The notes below the pieces were generated by a model that saw only the letters and a list, made by a program, of their open reading frames with translations, was not told the DNA's origin and did no database searches. A stretch of DNA of 64,000 nt. Source: Puccinia triticina. Taxonomy: Eukaryota. This document shows, piece after piece, positions 1-10,973 of the stretch (positions are counted from its first letter, which is position 1; each line of letters opens with the position of its first letter). The position numbers and the translations under genes are program-made. The stretch covers positions 2,108,001-2,172,000 of the forward strand of contig CP110439.1 of assembly GCA_026914245.1 (NCBI GenBank), read 5' to 3'.

Positions 1-2138
1 TCCACACAGTCGTCTCGTAGCGGGAGCACCTCCCGCGCCGAGATGCAGAACTGGTCGGTCGTGTATCCGATCATGATCTGGCGACGAAGTTCTTCAGAAA
101 GGGTTGAGCCCATCTCGGTCAGGGAAGCGACACAGGCGATGTCGCTTGGGGTGATGTTTGAGTCTCCTTCCGGTATATCCTTCCTGGAGAGAGCATCGGC
201 TACCGTGTTATCTTCACCGCGGATGTATTCGAAATGTAGGTCGAAGTTGGCCAGGAGTTCCGTCCACCGTGCTTGGCGTCGGCTGAGATTGCGTTGTCGG
301 AGGAGATGGACCAGGGAGTGGTGATCTGTCATCACATTGATTTTCATGCCGAGGAGGAGCATCTTCCACTTCTGCAGTGCGTGTACTACAGCCAGAAGCT
401 CCTGCTCGTGCACCGGGTAGTTTTGTTCCGCCGAGGTCATCTGGCGCGATTCATAAGCGATTGGGGAAGCGTGTTTCCATTCGGCTCCTTGGAAGAGCGC
501 TGCTCCCAGCCCCAATCCGCTAGCGTCAGTGAAAATCCAGAGGGGGTCATCCGAGTCAAAGTCTACGTTCTTCAAAGCGGGTAGGCTGGTCATGATGCGC
601 TTTATATTCTGAAAGGCCGCTTCTTCCGCTTCTCCCCACCGGAAGTTCTTTTGATCGAGTTTCGAACTGGTCAGGGGGGTCAGTGTGCCTACGTATTTTT
701 GAAGGCCCCAGATGAATTTTTTCATCCACTGAACTGTGCCAAGGAATCGTTTGACCCCCTTGGCTGATTTCGGGGAGGGCCACTTCTGTATGGCTTCAAC
801 CTTGCTGTCGTCAGGTTTGATCCCATCAGCGGAGATCCAATGACCAAGGAATTTGATTTCCTTTCTGAAGAGTTGTGTTTTCTTGGGGCTACAGTAGAGA
901 TTTCCCGCCCGAAGCCGGTCGAGAACCATACGCAAGTGTTTCTCGTGAGTTTCGAAACAGTCTGAGAACACCACAATGTCGTCCAAATACACGACACAAA
1001 TGTCGTTGAGTAGATCCCCTAGGGCCTCCTCAAGGCGGGCTTGGTGCGTGGCTGGCGCGTTTGTTAGCCCCATCGGCATCACCACCCACTCCATGAGTCC
1101 CCAGGGTGTCTTCACGGCGGTAAGTGGAATATCTTCCTCGCGCATCCGAGTCTGGAAGAACGCATTAGTTTGGTCCAAAATGGAGAAAACTTTCCCAGAA
1201 GCAACCATGCGTACCAACTCGTCAACATTTGGCAAGGGAGAGCGGTCGCGGACTGTGATGCTGTTCAGCTTGCGGTAGTCACAGACCCAGCGGGGAAGGG
1301 CCGTCGGATCCTTTTTTGGGATAATCAGGCTTGGGGAGGCATATTGACTTGTTGACCGCCTGATGCGGCCTGCGTTTAGATGTTGATAAAGAAGCGTTTT
1401 CCACGCTGCAAGGTGCTTCCGAGGGTAAGGGTACTGTTTTTTGTTTACAATAGCCGCCGGATCCGTCAGGATTATCTTGTGGCGGACTTTTGAGCTAGAG
1501 TCCTGGATCTTCTTTGGGAAAGCGCCGACTGTGAAGAGTCCGGCTTCCTCAGCTTCATCGGAGACCGCGGGAATGTCTGCGGGGAACAAATCTGCGAATT
1601 CGGTAAGGACCACGGCTTCAGAGGATTCGCAGGGGTAGGAGTCCACATCCGTTGTGGAGGCTACACCAACCGCGTTGCCCAGCCGATGGTCGAAGATTTC
1701 TAGGTCGTGTGACTCGAGGACGATACAGCGGTCCCTGATTGACACGAGGAGGCCAAAGCGGTACAAGAAGGGGGTGCCGAGTATGACCTCGTAATCCCCC
1801 AGGACGGGACCAATCCGTAGAGAGACGTCTGGGAAGTCGTGGCTAGATGTCGGGTCTGTCAGCGTGCCCACCACGTAATGGGATAGGGTCACAGCTTGGC
1901 TTGAGTCTGATTTCAAGGCCAGTTGCACGCGGGTAGGAGTGAGAAGCGGGATGCAGGGCAATCCGGTTGATTTAGCGGCGACCGCCGAGATAAGGTTGAG
2001 TTCCGACCCGCTGTCTACCATAGCTCTCACCGTCAGGTTTGAGATCCGGAGGGAAATGATGAGTCGAGGAGGTGGTCTGGCCGTGTTGCCAGGTGAAATT
2101 TCTGGGTTCCGAGAGGGCGGGGAGTTTGCGTGCGTCAT
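1..2138 (-). CDS. pol: Ty3/Gypsy pol polyprotein (protease-RT-RNase H), open to the window edge, no gag
   Basis: ATG at 2138. One frame contains VRAMVDSGSELNLI (aspartic protease), WVVMPMGLTNAPATHQ and VVYLDDIVVF (RT, ~978-989) and IFTDASG (RNase H, ~520). It is absent from the ORF track, consistent with no stop before base 1. Confidence 0.9.
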   Translation of the reverse strand, partial: MTHANSPPSRNPEISPGNTARPPPRLIISLRISNLTVRAMVDSGSELNLISAVAAKSTGLPCIPLLTPTRVQLALKSDSSQAVTLSHYVVGTLTDPTSSHDFPDVSLRIGPVLGDYEVILGTPFLYRFGLLVSIRDRCIVLESHDLEIFDHRLGNAVGVASTTDVDSYPCESSEAVVLTEFADLFPADIPAVSDEAEEAGLFTVGAFPKKIQDSSSKVRHKIILTDPAAIVNKKQYPYPRKHLAAWKTLLYQHLNAGRIRRSTSQYASPSLIIPKKDPTALPRWVCDYRKLNSITVRDRSPLPNVDELVRMVASGKVFSILDQTNAFFQTRMREEDIPLTAVKTPWGLMEWVVMPMGLTNAPATHQARLEEALGDLLNDICVVYLDDIVVFSDCFETHEKHLRMVLDRLRAGNLYCSPKKTQLFRKEIKFLGHWISADGIKPDDSKVEAIQKWPSPKSAKGVKRFLGTVQWMKKFIWGLQKYVGTLTPLTSSKLDQKNFRWGEAEEAAFQNIKRIMTSLPALKNVDFDSDDPLWIFTDASGLGLGAALFQGAEWKHASPIAYESRQMTSAEQNYPVHEQELLAVVHALQKWKMLLLGMKINVMTDHHSLVHLLRQRNLSRRQARWTELLANFDLHFEYIRGEDNTVADALSRKDIPEGDSNITPSDIACVASLTEMGSTLSEELRRQIMIGYTTDQFCISAREVLPLRDDCV

Positions 2139-2184
2139 TCTTCGATACAGAGGCGATAATTGGGGTGGTTCAAGAAAAAAAAAG

Positions 2185-2531
2185 TGTAAGAGCCCAAGAT
2201 AGAGGGCTCTTCACTGGCTGGGAAAAACGGGACAGACGGACGGGGCAGTGGTACGGGACAAGGCTCTGCCTTGGAGGGAGTTCTAGAACCACAGTTGCTT
2301 GAATTTCTAGCTCAGAGGGAGTGGTCAGTACATCCCTACTCTATACAATTGATGATAATGTGAAGGACAACGAGAGAAGAAGGAGAGTGCTCACCTAGCT
2401 CAGAGGGAGTGGTCAGTACATCCCTACTGAGCTAGGAGGGCGCGGCCGGTCGAGGTCTAAGAATCCTGCTGCAGGTGGATCCGTGATTTCTCTGTGACTG
2501 TTCTTGTGAGCTCGCGGGAGGCGGGCTCACA
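2185..2531 (-). mobile_element. 5' LTR (347 bp) of the pol-only Gypsy element
   Basis: TGTGAG...CTTACA termini on the - strand. Same architecture as the TSD-bounded solo LTR at 41659-42017. Its flanks are not a TSD, so it is not solo. Confidence 0.8.
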
Positions 2532-2716
2532 AAGGCCTGGTGTGATGAAAGCTGAGAAGTGATGGACACGGTGAACTCAAAGGTGAACTATAGACAATTG
2601 AAAAGAGTTACATCGCCCACACTGAATGGCAGGCGAGATAGACGCGATAGGAAGTGAGCTACCAACGCATCGCCCGCGTAGAAGTGAGGAAAAAGGAAAA
2701 ACAGAACGTAGGACGA

Positions 2717-3890
2717 TCAGGATCGTTTCATCCTCTTAGCCGCCTCCTTCAAGACGTCTTTCCGCGGGCGCCCGCGGGGTTTCGGCTTCACCTCGGGCTC
2801 CGAATCTTCTTTGAAGTCCTCTTCGGAGGCTGTCTCGCCGTCATCGGACTCCTCGAGTCGGGGAGCGCGTCCTTTTCCCTTTGAGCCTTTCGCGGGTGAC
2901 GGCGGCGAAGGCGCTACGCGGTTGGGTGAATTGCTCGCCCCAGACCCTGACGCAATGGCGTTGTTGCTTGTGTTGGGGGTGAATTTTGTACTGGAGTGTT
3001 GTCAGCTGACGATCAAGTCTACAAAGGCGAATTGAAGCTCACGGGGTGCGGGCCTTTTTCCCCGAGTTTGGAACACTCGCATTTGGAGTTGTGAGTAAAT
3101 GATTGCTGCCAATCTGATGTCCGGAGGTGACCGCCACATGGCTCACCTGAGAAGAGAGTTAGCCATTGGTCATGACTGAAAACAAATGAGTCACTCACCA
3201 CAACTACAGCAGAGTGGGAGTCCATCTCAAAATCTACCAATCTACCTGTGAGCTTCAATTCGCGACCCACCACATACAGGTTGAACGTGTTGACATGCAA
3301 CTTGGTGCCGGGGACGAGATACTTGATAGTAAATCACTTGTGGGCGCGGTCCTATGAGTAGGTCAGTATTTAAACTATCTAATGAATGGATTGTCCCAAC
3401 TAACTTGCGCGTCCCAATCATTATGGTTGACGATGACTTCGAGGTTCGATGTGCCATCGCCAGCGTCCGACACTATTTCACGTCGAGATGCGACAACACC
3501 GAGCGAATTGACTACTGCTTTGTTGACGAACACCAAGTTATTGTCAAGGACCGGCATGACTGGCGCGGAAACTTCCTGAACATAGCTAAGTTTGGGCGTT
3601 GATCCGTCGTTTAGCGGCATGAACTTCCCGGAGAGGTAATAAATAAAGGCGGGGTCCAGCACGTTATTGAGCGCGGTATTTGTGGTGAGGTTTATCTCGA
3701 AGTCTTCCGACTTGGTATTCAATGCGCCGGCGCATTGAAGAAAGCTTGGTGTGGTGATGTTGCCGTACTGGTTTGCTCGGACGGCTTCTGGGACGGACTA
3801 AGTTTCATGGGTGAGAAGAATAAACAGTAGACGTGACACAAAAATAAGAAGTGTACGTACCTTGCTGAGTGGCTCAAAAAGGCCAGTCAT
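2717..3890 (-). pseudogene. 4-exon hypothetical protein gene (beta-rich N-terminal part, low-complexity basic tail) with an in-frame TGA at 3336-3334
   Basis: ATG 3890; GT-AG introns ~3860-3798, ~3411-3352, ~3197-3148. The spliced frame reads MTGLFEPLSK/SVPEAVRANQYGNITT...DWDAQ/DRAHK*FTIKYLVPGT...; stop at 2717-2719. Confidence 0.65.
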
Positions 3891-6132
3891 ATTGGAAGGG
3901 TGGTTGGGGTTGCGACCGGTGTGGAACTCCGTCCGTGCCAGGCGGCGGCAGTTGTTGGAGGGGAAAGGTTGGGGAATGCCCTCCGGGGATTGGTCGCGGA
4001 AAGAAGGGGGGGATCTGTAAGCGATGAGGTAGGGGAGTGTTTGATTTACGACGGCGTTGAGCGCGCGTCGGCGGGGTTGTGGGTTGAGAAGAGAAAGAAA
4101 AGGGAAAAATCGGGAAGGATGAGGAAAGTTGAGGATCTGGGGATCGTTGAAAGGGCGCCGGAAGGCGGAGTCAGGCAGGAAGATGATCGACAAAGCTACG
4201 CCACGTGCGTGATAAGAGTCCCGCGAGCCAGCGGGATGGATAAAGCTCCGAGAAAATGCTCAGGATCGCGATCAATACTGAAGATCAATAATATTCTGAT
4301 GGAAAAATACGGTTCAGAGTGTCTCCCATGCCGTCCCATCATCTGAGTTCGAACTGAACTCAGACTCCGGGCGCAGCGCGCAGCGGGACCTTCATCATAC
4401 ACCCACGCGCGCAACAAACTCAACAGGAAAAAAAAAGAAACAAACAAAAGAACAAAACCAAAACAAAACCAACAACACTCAGACAAAAACCAACCCGCCA
4501 CATAGCCAAACCTTCCAAACACGCGCAGATAAGAAACAGAATCAACAGAAAAATGTAGAAAGAAAAGCAACAAGGAAGAGAAGAGAAGGAAAGAAAATAA
4601 AGGAAAGCTGCCACACTACATAGAAGAAAAGAAACCCTGCGCGCCAATCCGCGCTCCACCGCCCATTTTGACCTTGACACCGTCTGCACCGGATAGCGCA
4701 CCACACCGGACGACATGCTGTTAGTGAATCGGCTCGGCGGGGTAACAGGAGAAGGGGTAGATGGGTGAAATGTTAGGTCGAGATGGGTGTCCTGGCAGAG
4801 TGGAGGGGAGATGGAGTAGTGAAGGTGAGTGGAGCAGTGAGGGGAATAGGAGTGGACGTGGCTCACTTTTATAGACCTCCTCGACGGAAGCTAGAGAGGC
4901 TCGCTGACTCTACGGAAGCACTAAAGTTATGTGGTGGCCTGGTTTGGTTGCTAGATCCACGCAACTGCAGCAGATTGATTGAGTCGGTGCGCCTAGTTGG
5001 TTTCAACTTTTGTGAGGCTTCGGGCGAGACGAACGAGACTAACGATCTAAAGCTTGAATTGTGGAAGGCTGGGCAATTCCTACAATTGGGCGCTCAGGTA
5101 ATTAGCGGGTAATTGGCAAAGTGGCCTGGAATGGTTGCTAGATCCAGGCAAATGCCGCGAAATGGTTGGGTCAGTCCACCTAGTTGGTTTCGAGTTTTCT
5201 CAGGCTTCAGGCAAGAGGGACGAGGCTAACGGTATAAAATTTGCATTGTGGAGAATGCGGCCAGTTGAGTGGGCAAGCGTACTGACCCGGCGTACAACCA
5301 GGCGCTGAGGTGAAACAATCGGGTGGCCAGCGCCGCGGGGACGGTAGTTGGGTATCAACACGGAGGCGAGGGTCTAAAAGGAGGAAATTCCGTTGTCAAC
5401 CACTGTGTGGGCCTGATGTTAACGTAGGGGAGTAAGGGGGCTGGAGCGGCTAAGTTGATAGGCAGAATTTCGAGGTAAACCGCATGCTATGGAAGAAAAA
5501 TGGAAGGAAAGGTGGAAAGGGACTGTGGCGCTCGTTGAGTTGTACTACACGGTTGGATCCTGTTTGCCGGGTTTGGCTTGTGGAGGGGTGGAGCCGCACG
5601 GGGGTCTGTACATCTGACAGGTCGAGGTTACTGGTATCGCGATTCAGCGGGGACGTGGCGGGGGCGCGGTCGATTGGTTATGCTGGACTGGGCGGCGGCG
5701 CGGTGAAGGTCGCGTGAGGGGTGGTTGACTGTGCCTAGGCGAGTTGTTGTTGGCGTGGCGATGTCAAATGGAGGCGGAGTGGGCCGAAATGACCTGTGGG
5801 AGGCATAAATAGAGCGTAGGTCTGGTGAAGCGGCCTTTCCCCAGGGGTTCTGGTTTCGTCCCGGCCCCTCCCTGCAGGCCCCCTACTTCACTTGATTAGG
5901 CCCCTGCTTGAGACAAAAAATGCCGGTCCTTTTTTGCTTGTTGCTGTGTCACAAGCTGGAGGGCCTACCCATGGCACCAATGGTGTTCGGGGGTATGGGA
6001 GGGTCAAAGGTGGATGTGTTAGGCCTAAAGGAGGTTATGGAGGGCTTGGCATGGGAAATTAGCAAAATTGATGCCAAAACTTAGATCTTGCTTGTCTTGT
6101 TTCTGTGAATTTATTAAACTTGGATTAGTCGT

Positions 6133-7022
6133 TGTGGAACTCCTAAAAGATCAGGAAAGAGCTGTGAGGGGAAATAGTCAACTACACTACTAATAATGTA
6201 GGAGAGGCTACAGGTGCTGGTGAGGCTGCCCTCTAGACTAATGCTGATGGAGAGAGGGTTACACTAAGAAAAAGAAAAGGGTGTGGCTGATGATTCTCTT
6301 TGACTTAGATGGCTTTAACACTTTATGAGTCTGAGGTGTATCAATCCTACTGAGTGAGAGAGGAGAAGTGAGAAGGGGAAAAGCAGAAGCTCTTGGGAGT
6401 CACTCTGAGATGGGTAATGAGATATATGCTGAGGGATATATTTCTATGGTGATGAAAGTGTATCTAAGTGTGATGTGTAAAGGTGCTACAGAGGGGATGT
6501 AGTAGAAAGTGCATGATGGGGATACAACATCTAGAGGGGTGTTTATATATGTGAGAAGTACTACAGGGGGGTGATACATGATGAGCACATAGTAACAATA
6601 TCTGAAGATGAGCAGTAATGATGAAGGCGCAATGACCAAAGAGTGTACATGAAAGGTAACTATGTAGAAGATGAAATAATGATGAGCATTTGATAATAAC
6701 TACAAGAGCTATGAAGGAATGTACTGCTGATATCATATGAAGAGAAAAATGAGTAATGAAGTTATGTAAGATCTGCAGTCCTATGTAGCTATGATACTAA
6801 TGAATGATGTATGTAATAATGCTCAGGATATGTATGAAGAAAATACCTGCCAAAACTATACATGCCAATAACTGCTGATCCATTTGGAAATCCTAGGTGA
6901 AATGAGTGGGTGACTAGGGGTAAAATGGGGTGTAGAATCTGAATATGAAGTAATAATGAGGTATTTATGAAGGGTTTAGGTGATATGAGGGTGATAGTAT
7001 GAACAGGAACAGGGTTACCACA
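6133..7022 (-). mobile_element. Gypsy-type LTR (890 bp), TGTGGT lineage, probably solo
   Basis: TGTGGTAA...TTCCACA on the - strand. TCGT on both flanks (6129-6132, 7023-7026). Shares the CCCCTAGTCAC motif with the other TGTGGT LTRs. Confidence 0.75.
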
Positions 7023-9520
7023 TCGTTTCCGACAATGGTGGGGAATTCGTGAACCATCAATTCAAGGCTCTTTTCAAGGATCGGGGAATTCAACATCTCA
7101 CCTCGGCCCCATACACCCCACAGCAGAACCCCCTCGCAGAACAAGGCAATCGGACGACCATTGAGAAGGCACGTGCGATGCTCATGACGTGTGGGCTTTC
7201 ACTCGACTGGTGGGGGGAAGCGGTTGTGCTGTCGGTTTATCTCGAGAATCGATCCCCCGATAGCTCCTTAAACTTCGCTTCACCATATGAAAAATGGCAT
7301 GGAAAGCAGCCAGACCTTTCCAATCTCGTTCCTTTCGGTTGCCGAGCAGTTCTCTATGAGGAAAAGAAGTGGAGAGACTCCAAGTTCTCCGCTTCTGGCA
7401 TGGAGGCGGTGTTCTTAGGGTATGATGGTCATCATCATTCTTTCAAGGTGTGGGTACCCAAGACAAACAAGATTGTCGTCTCCCATCATGTGAGGCTCTT
7501 TCCGAGGACCTTTCCTTGCCTTTCACCCTCGGATGCTCCCGCTCCTCTTCCCTTACTATTTGACTTAGACGAGGTCAATCAGGTCGGGGAAGATTTACCA
7601 CAAGTGTCACCCTCGCCAATTGGTGCCGAAGTTGCTCCGGAAGTTCCCCCGGAGGTCAATCGTGGCGGCTCAGAACCCCTCGCCGAAATCCCAGCCCCTC
7701 CAGAGGACCAAAATGAACCAGTCCCGGAGCCGACGGGCCCACTCCCTGAGCCACCCCCGACTCCTCAAGAACCCGACTCTTCCCTTGCGTTCACAGCCCC
7801 TCCAAAGAAGGGTTATGCGTATGTCCCGCACTACGACGTCGCTCCTCAGAACATCTTGTCGGATATAGACCAGAGCAACATCATATCTGGCTCCAGGCGT
7901 CATCGAGCACTAGTCATAGTGGGGGAACCCACGTCGCACAAAGACCCCAAGACATATGGTGAAATTCTGGGTCGAATCGACGAGAACGAGTGGCTGATGG
8001 CAGTAGAGGTCGAACTCAACAACATCCGTCGTCATGAAGTATGGGTGGTGGCCCCGAAGGCCCCTGGTTGCCGGGAGTTGGACACCACGTGGGTGTTCAA
8101 ACGAAAATTTGATGCAAACGGCGAACTGCTCAAGTATAAAGCGAGGTTGTGTGTTCGCGGTTTCCGGCAGGTTGAAGGAGTGAACTACAACCGCACATTT
8201 GCGCCAACTGGCCGGACCTCAACCCTCAGGATCATGCTTGGCATCTCCGCCGAGTTGGACTTTGAAGTACATCAGATGGATGTGAAGTGCGCATTCCTCA
8301 ACGGAGTGCCTGAGGAAGAAATATTCATCAAGGTTCCAGAGGGACTCGGCGTTGAACTCCCCCCCGGCCACGGTTTGAAGTTGCAAAAGTCGCTGTATGG
8401 CTTGAAGCAGAGCCCGCGCTGCTGGTACAAAGCTCTGTCAGACTTCTTTGAGTCCATCAATTTCCGCCCGGCCGTTGTGGACCCTTGCTTATTCTGCCAT
8501 CAAGACTTGACCAGGCCGTGCTTTGTGTTTGTCCACGTAGACGACTTGGTAATCATGGGTCCGGATGTCTTGTTCCTCAAGGAGAAGATCAAATCCCGGT
8601 TCGAGATGGAAGATATGGGCGAGTGCAGATGGGTGCTTGGCATGCGAGTTACCCGAGATAGGGCCAACAGGACGATCACCCTCAGTCAAGACCGTTATTC
8701 CCGTGAAATTCTTGAGTAGTTTGGCCTCACCAAGTGCAAGCCGGCCTCCACTCCTCTTCCCGGCAACGCTCTCACTTGTCCAGTCAAGAACGAACCGGTG
8801 GATCCAAGATTCAATTACCGTTGCGGGGTGGGTCTGCTACAGTATCTCGTCCAATGCACCCAACCCGATCTCGCTTTTGCGGTCAGCTATCTCTCTCAAT
8901 TCCTCAACGCCCCAGACAAAATTCACCAAGGGCAACTCCTCTGTACCATGAGGTACATCCAACACTCCAAGGACTTCGGGTTAACCTTAGGAAGGGTCAG
9001 CAAAGCGTCCAACCAACTCATGGGCTACGCAGACGCGAGTTACGCCTCAGGGGTGAATGCTGCATCGTTCGCCGGCAGCATAGTGGAACACAACGGTGTT
9101 GTTGGCTGGCGCTGTCAAAAGCAGGACGATGACGCCCCATCCTTTTCCACAACAGAGGCAGAATATCGTTTGTGTGCCTCAACAGGTCAAGACCTTCGGT
9201 GGACTCAGCAATTACTCGACCATGTCTATCCCCTCATCAACATAGAACCATCTGCAACAACGCTTTACTGCAACAACCAAGGTGCCTTGGCACTGCTCAA
9301 GGACTCGGTCTATCAACATCGGACAAGGCATGTAAACGTGCGACATCATTGGCTTCGATTTCACATCTACACGGCAAAGAATTTCGACGTGAAATACATT
9401 TCAACCAACGATAACCCAGCTGATTTTCTCACGAAGCCGCTGAGTCCAAAGAAGACACGAGCGGCTCTCTCTCAAGTGATCCTGAAGAACATCAAAGCTA
9501 GGGATGCTCCCACTGCCTAG
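7023..9520 (+). pseudogene. pol: 5'-truncated Ty1/Copia pol (integrase-RT-RNase H) with one in-frame TAG
   Basis: SDNGGEF, PYTPQQN, YKARLCVRGF, QMDVKCAFLNG, KSLYGLKQSPRCW, HVDDLV, YADAS and NPADFLTK occur in Copia order. ORFs 7049-8719 and 8798-9520 are in the same frame, split by TAG at 8717-8719. Confidence 0.92.
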
Positions 9521-9534
9521 GGAGCAGGGGGGGC

Positions 9535-10103
9535 TGTTGCGATACAGGACAGAGAGGAGTACAGGTGGATGACTGCGGCGAAGCAGTCAGGTGGAGCGGG
9601 CCCGGTACAACCTTGTCTATCATAGCTTTAGGTTTAGAAGCTTGTACTTAGACTTTAGTATCTTGTACCGAGCCTCCTTTTCTTTTCTTCACTCATCTTT
9701 CTCCGAGTCATTCCCCTTGCACCAACAGGTGCTTAGTTCATTTCCCTTCTCTCTCCCGTTTGTAGTCGGCCTCCCATCACGGCCTCCTTAGCTCACGGCA
9801 CGCTGTTCTGGTTTCTCAGGTTTGCTTGTCTTTTCCCTCTCTCTGTTCCTTTCTCTCTTGTCTTGCTCCCTATGCAATGTGATCACTCATCTTTCTCCGA
9901 GTCATTCCCCTTGCACCAACAGGTGCTTAGTTCATTTCCCTTCTCTCTCCCGTTCGTCGTCGGCCTCCCATCACGGCCTCCTTAGCTCACGGCACGCTGT
10001 TCTGGTTTCTCAGGTGCTTAGTTCATTTCCCTTCTCTCTCCCGTTCGTCGTCGGCCTCCCATCACGGCCTCCTTAGCTCACGGCACGCTGTTCTGGTTTC
10101 TCA
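9535..10103 (+). mobile_element. Copia 3' LTR (569 bp) with internal ~130-bp direct repeats
   Basis: Polypurine tract GGAGCAGGGGGGG precedes TGTTG. It ends TTCTCA and chitin synthase exon sequence resumes at 10104. Repeats at ~9689-9819, 9884-10013 and a partial copy 10011-10103. Confidence 0.8.
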
Positions 10104-10973
10104 TTGATGATTGTGATTGCCTTGGGCATTTTCAGAGATGGGTCTTCAAGTGAGGATGATAGTAGTACAAAAAAAATGTACTGATGTAGGACAGCAGTAT
10201 GTTAGCTCACGCTGGAATAACTGAGAAAAGCCGAGAGGGGGGGGGAGGGATCATGCTCACGTAGTTTGCAAATCCAAACCAAGCAAATAAAAGATTCAAA
10301 AAGTTGTAGAGTCCTTCGAAGTAGAGTGCAAGAGCTTGCTTTTGGGAGTGTTCGGTGCGAGACATCTGGCCTATATGTGCCAAGGAATAAATAGCGGCAA
10401 AGAAGCTTCCGTTGAGCCAACGACGGCGCTGACTGATGAATTCTGGGACCTCGTTGGGCACATCGGTCTCGCCCCAGGCGCTCTTGACGTACTTGAGCAC
10501 CCAGTTGTGCCCGCGTTTGGCCACCAGCTCCCAGCACAGGATCCGGTCCTCGGCCAGATACATGTTCGACGTAAACACATCCGCATCCCGACCGGCAAGC
10601 GTTTCGCCCTTGAAGTACGACGCTAGCGGTCTTCGCCCGATCTCATCGTTCTTGAGTGCAATGTATCAATAGGCTGAGAATGCGCCGGGTAGAACAGATA
10701 TATAGCCAAATACAGATTCCGTTGGTTTATCCAAGATGTCTAGAAGACCAACCAACATTCTCATCATCAGTCTCACAAGGCATAGCGCAGGTGTGAGTGC
10801 CTAATAACGTGCTCACTTGACATTTTATATTCGAAGTTTTGAGCGGCCACTATGGGGTTGAGTAGTCCGAGCCAGCCTTTGCCTTTCATTGCACAAATCT
10901 CACCACACGCGCCACCAACGTTTGAGTTGAGATCCATTCATTTCCAGAGATGGTACAAGCTATGCGGGCCCGG

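Noticed and set aside
8717..8719. Programmed stop-codon readthrough in Copia pol
   Set aside because: The TAG falls inside RT of an already truncated copy; a simple nonsense mutation is more likely.
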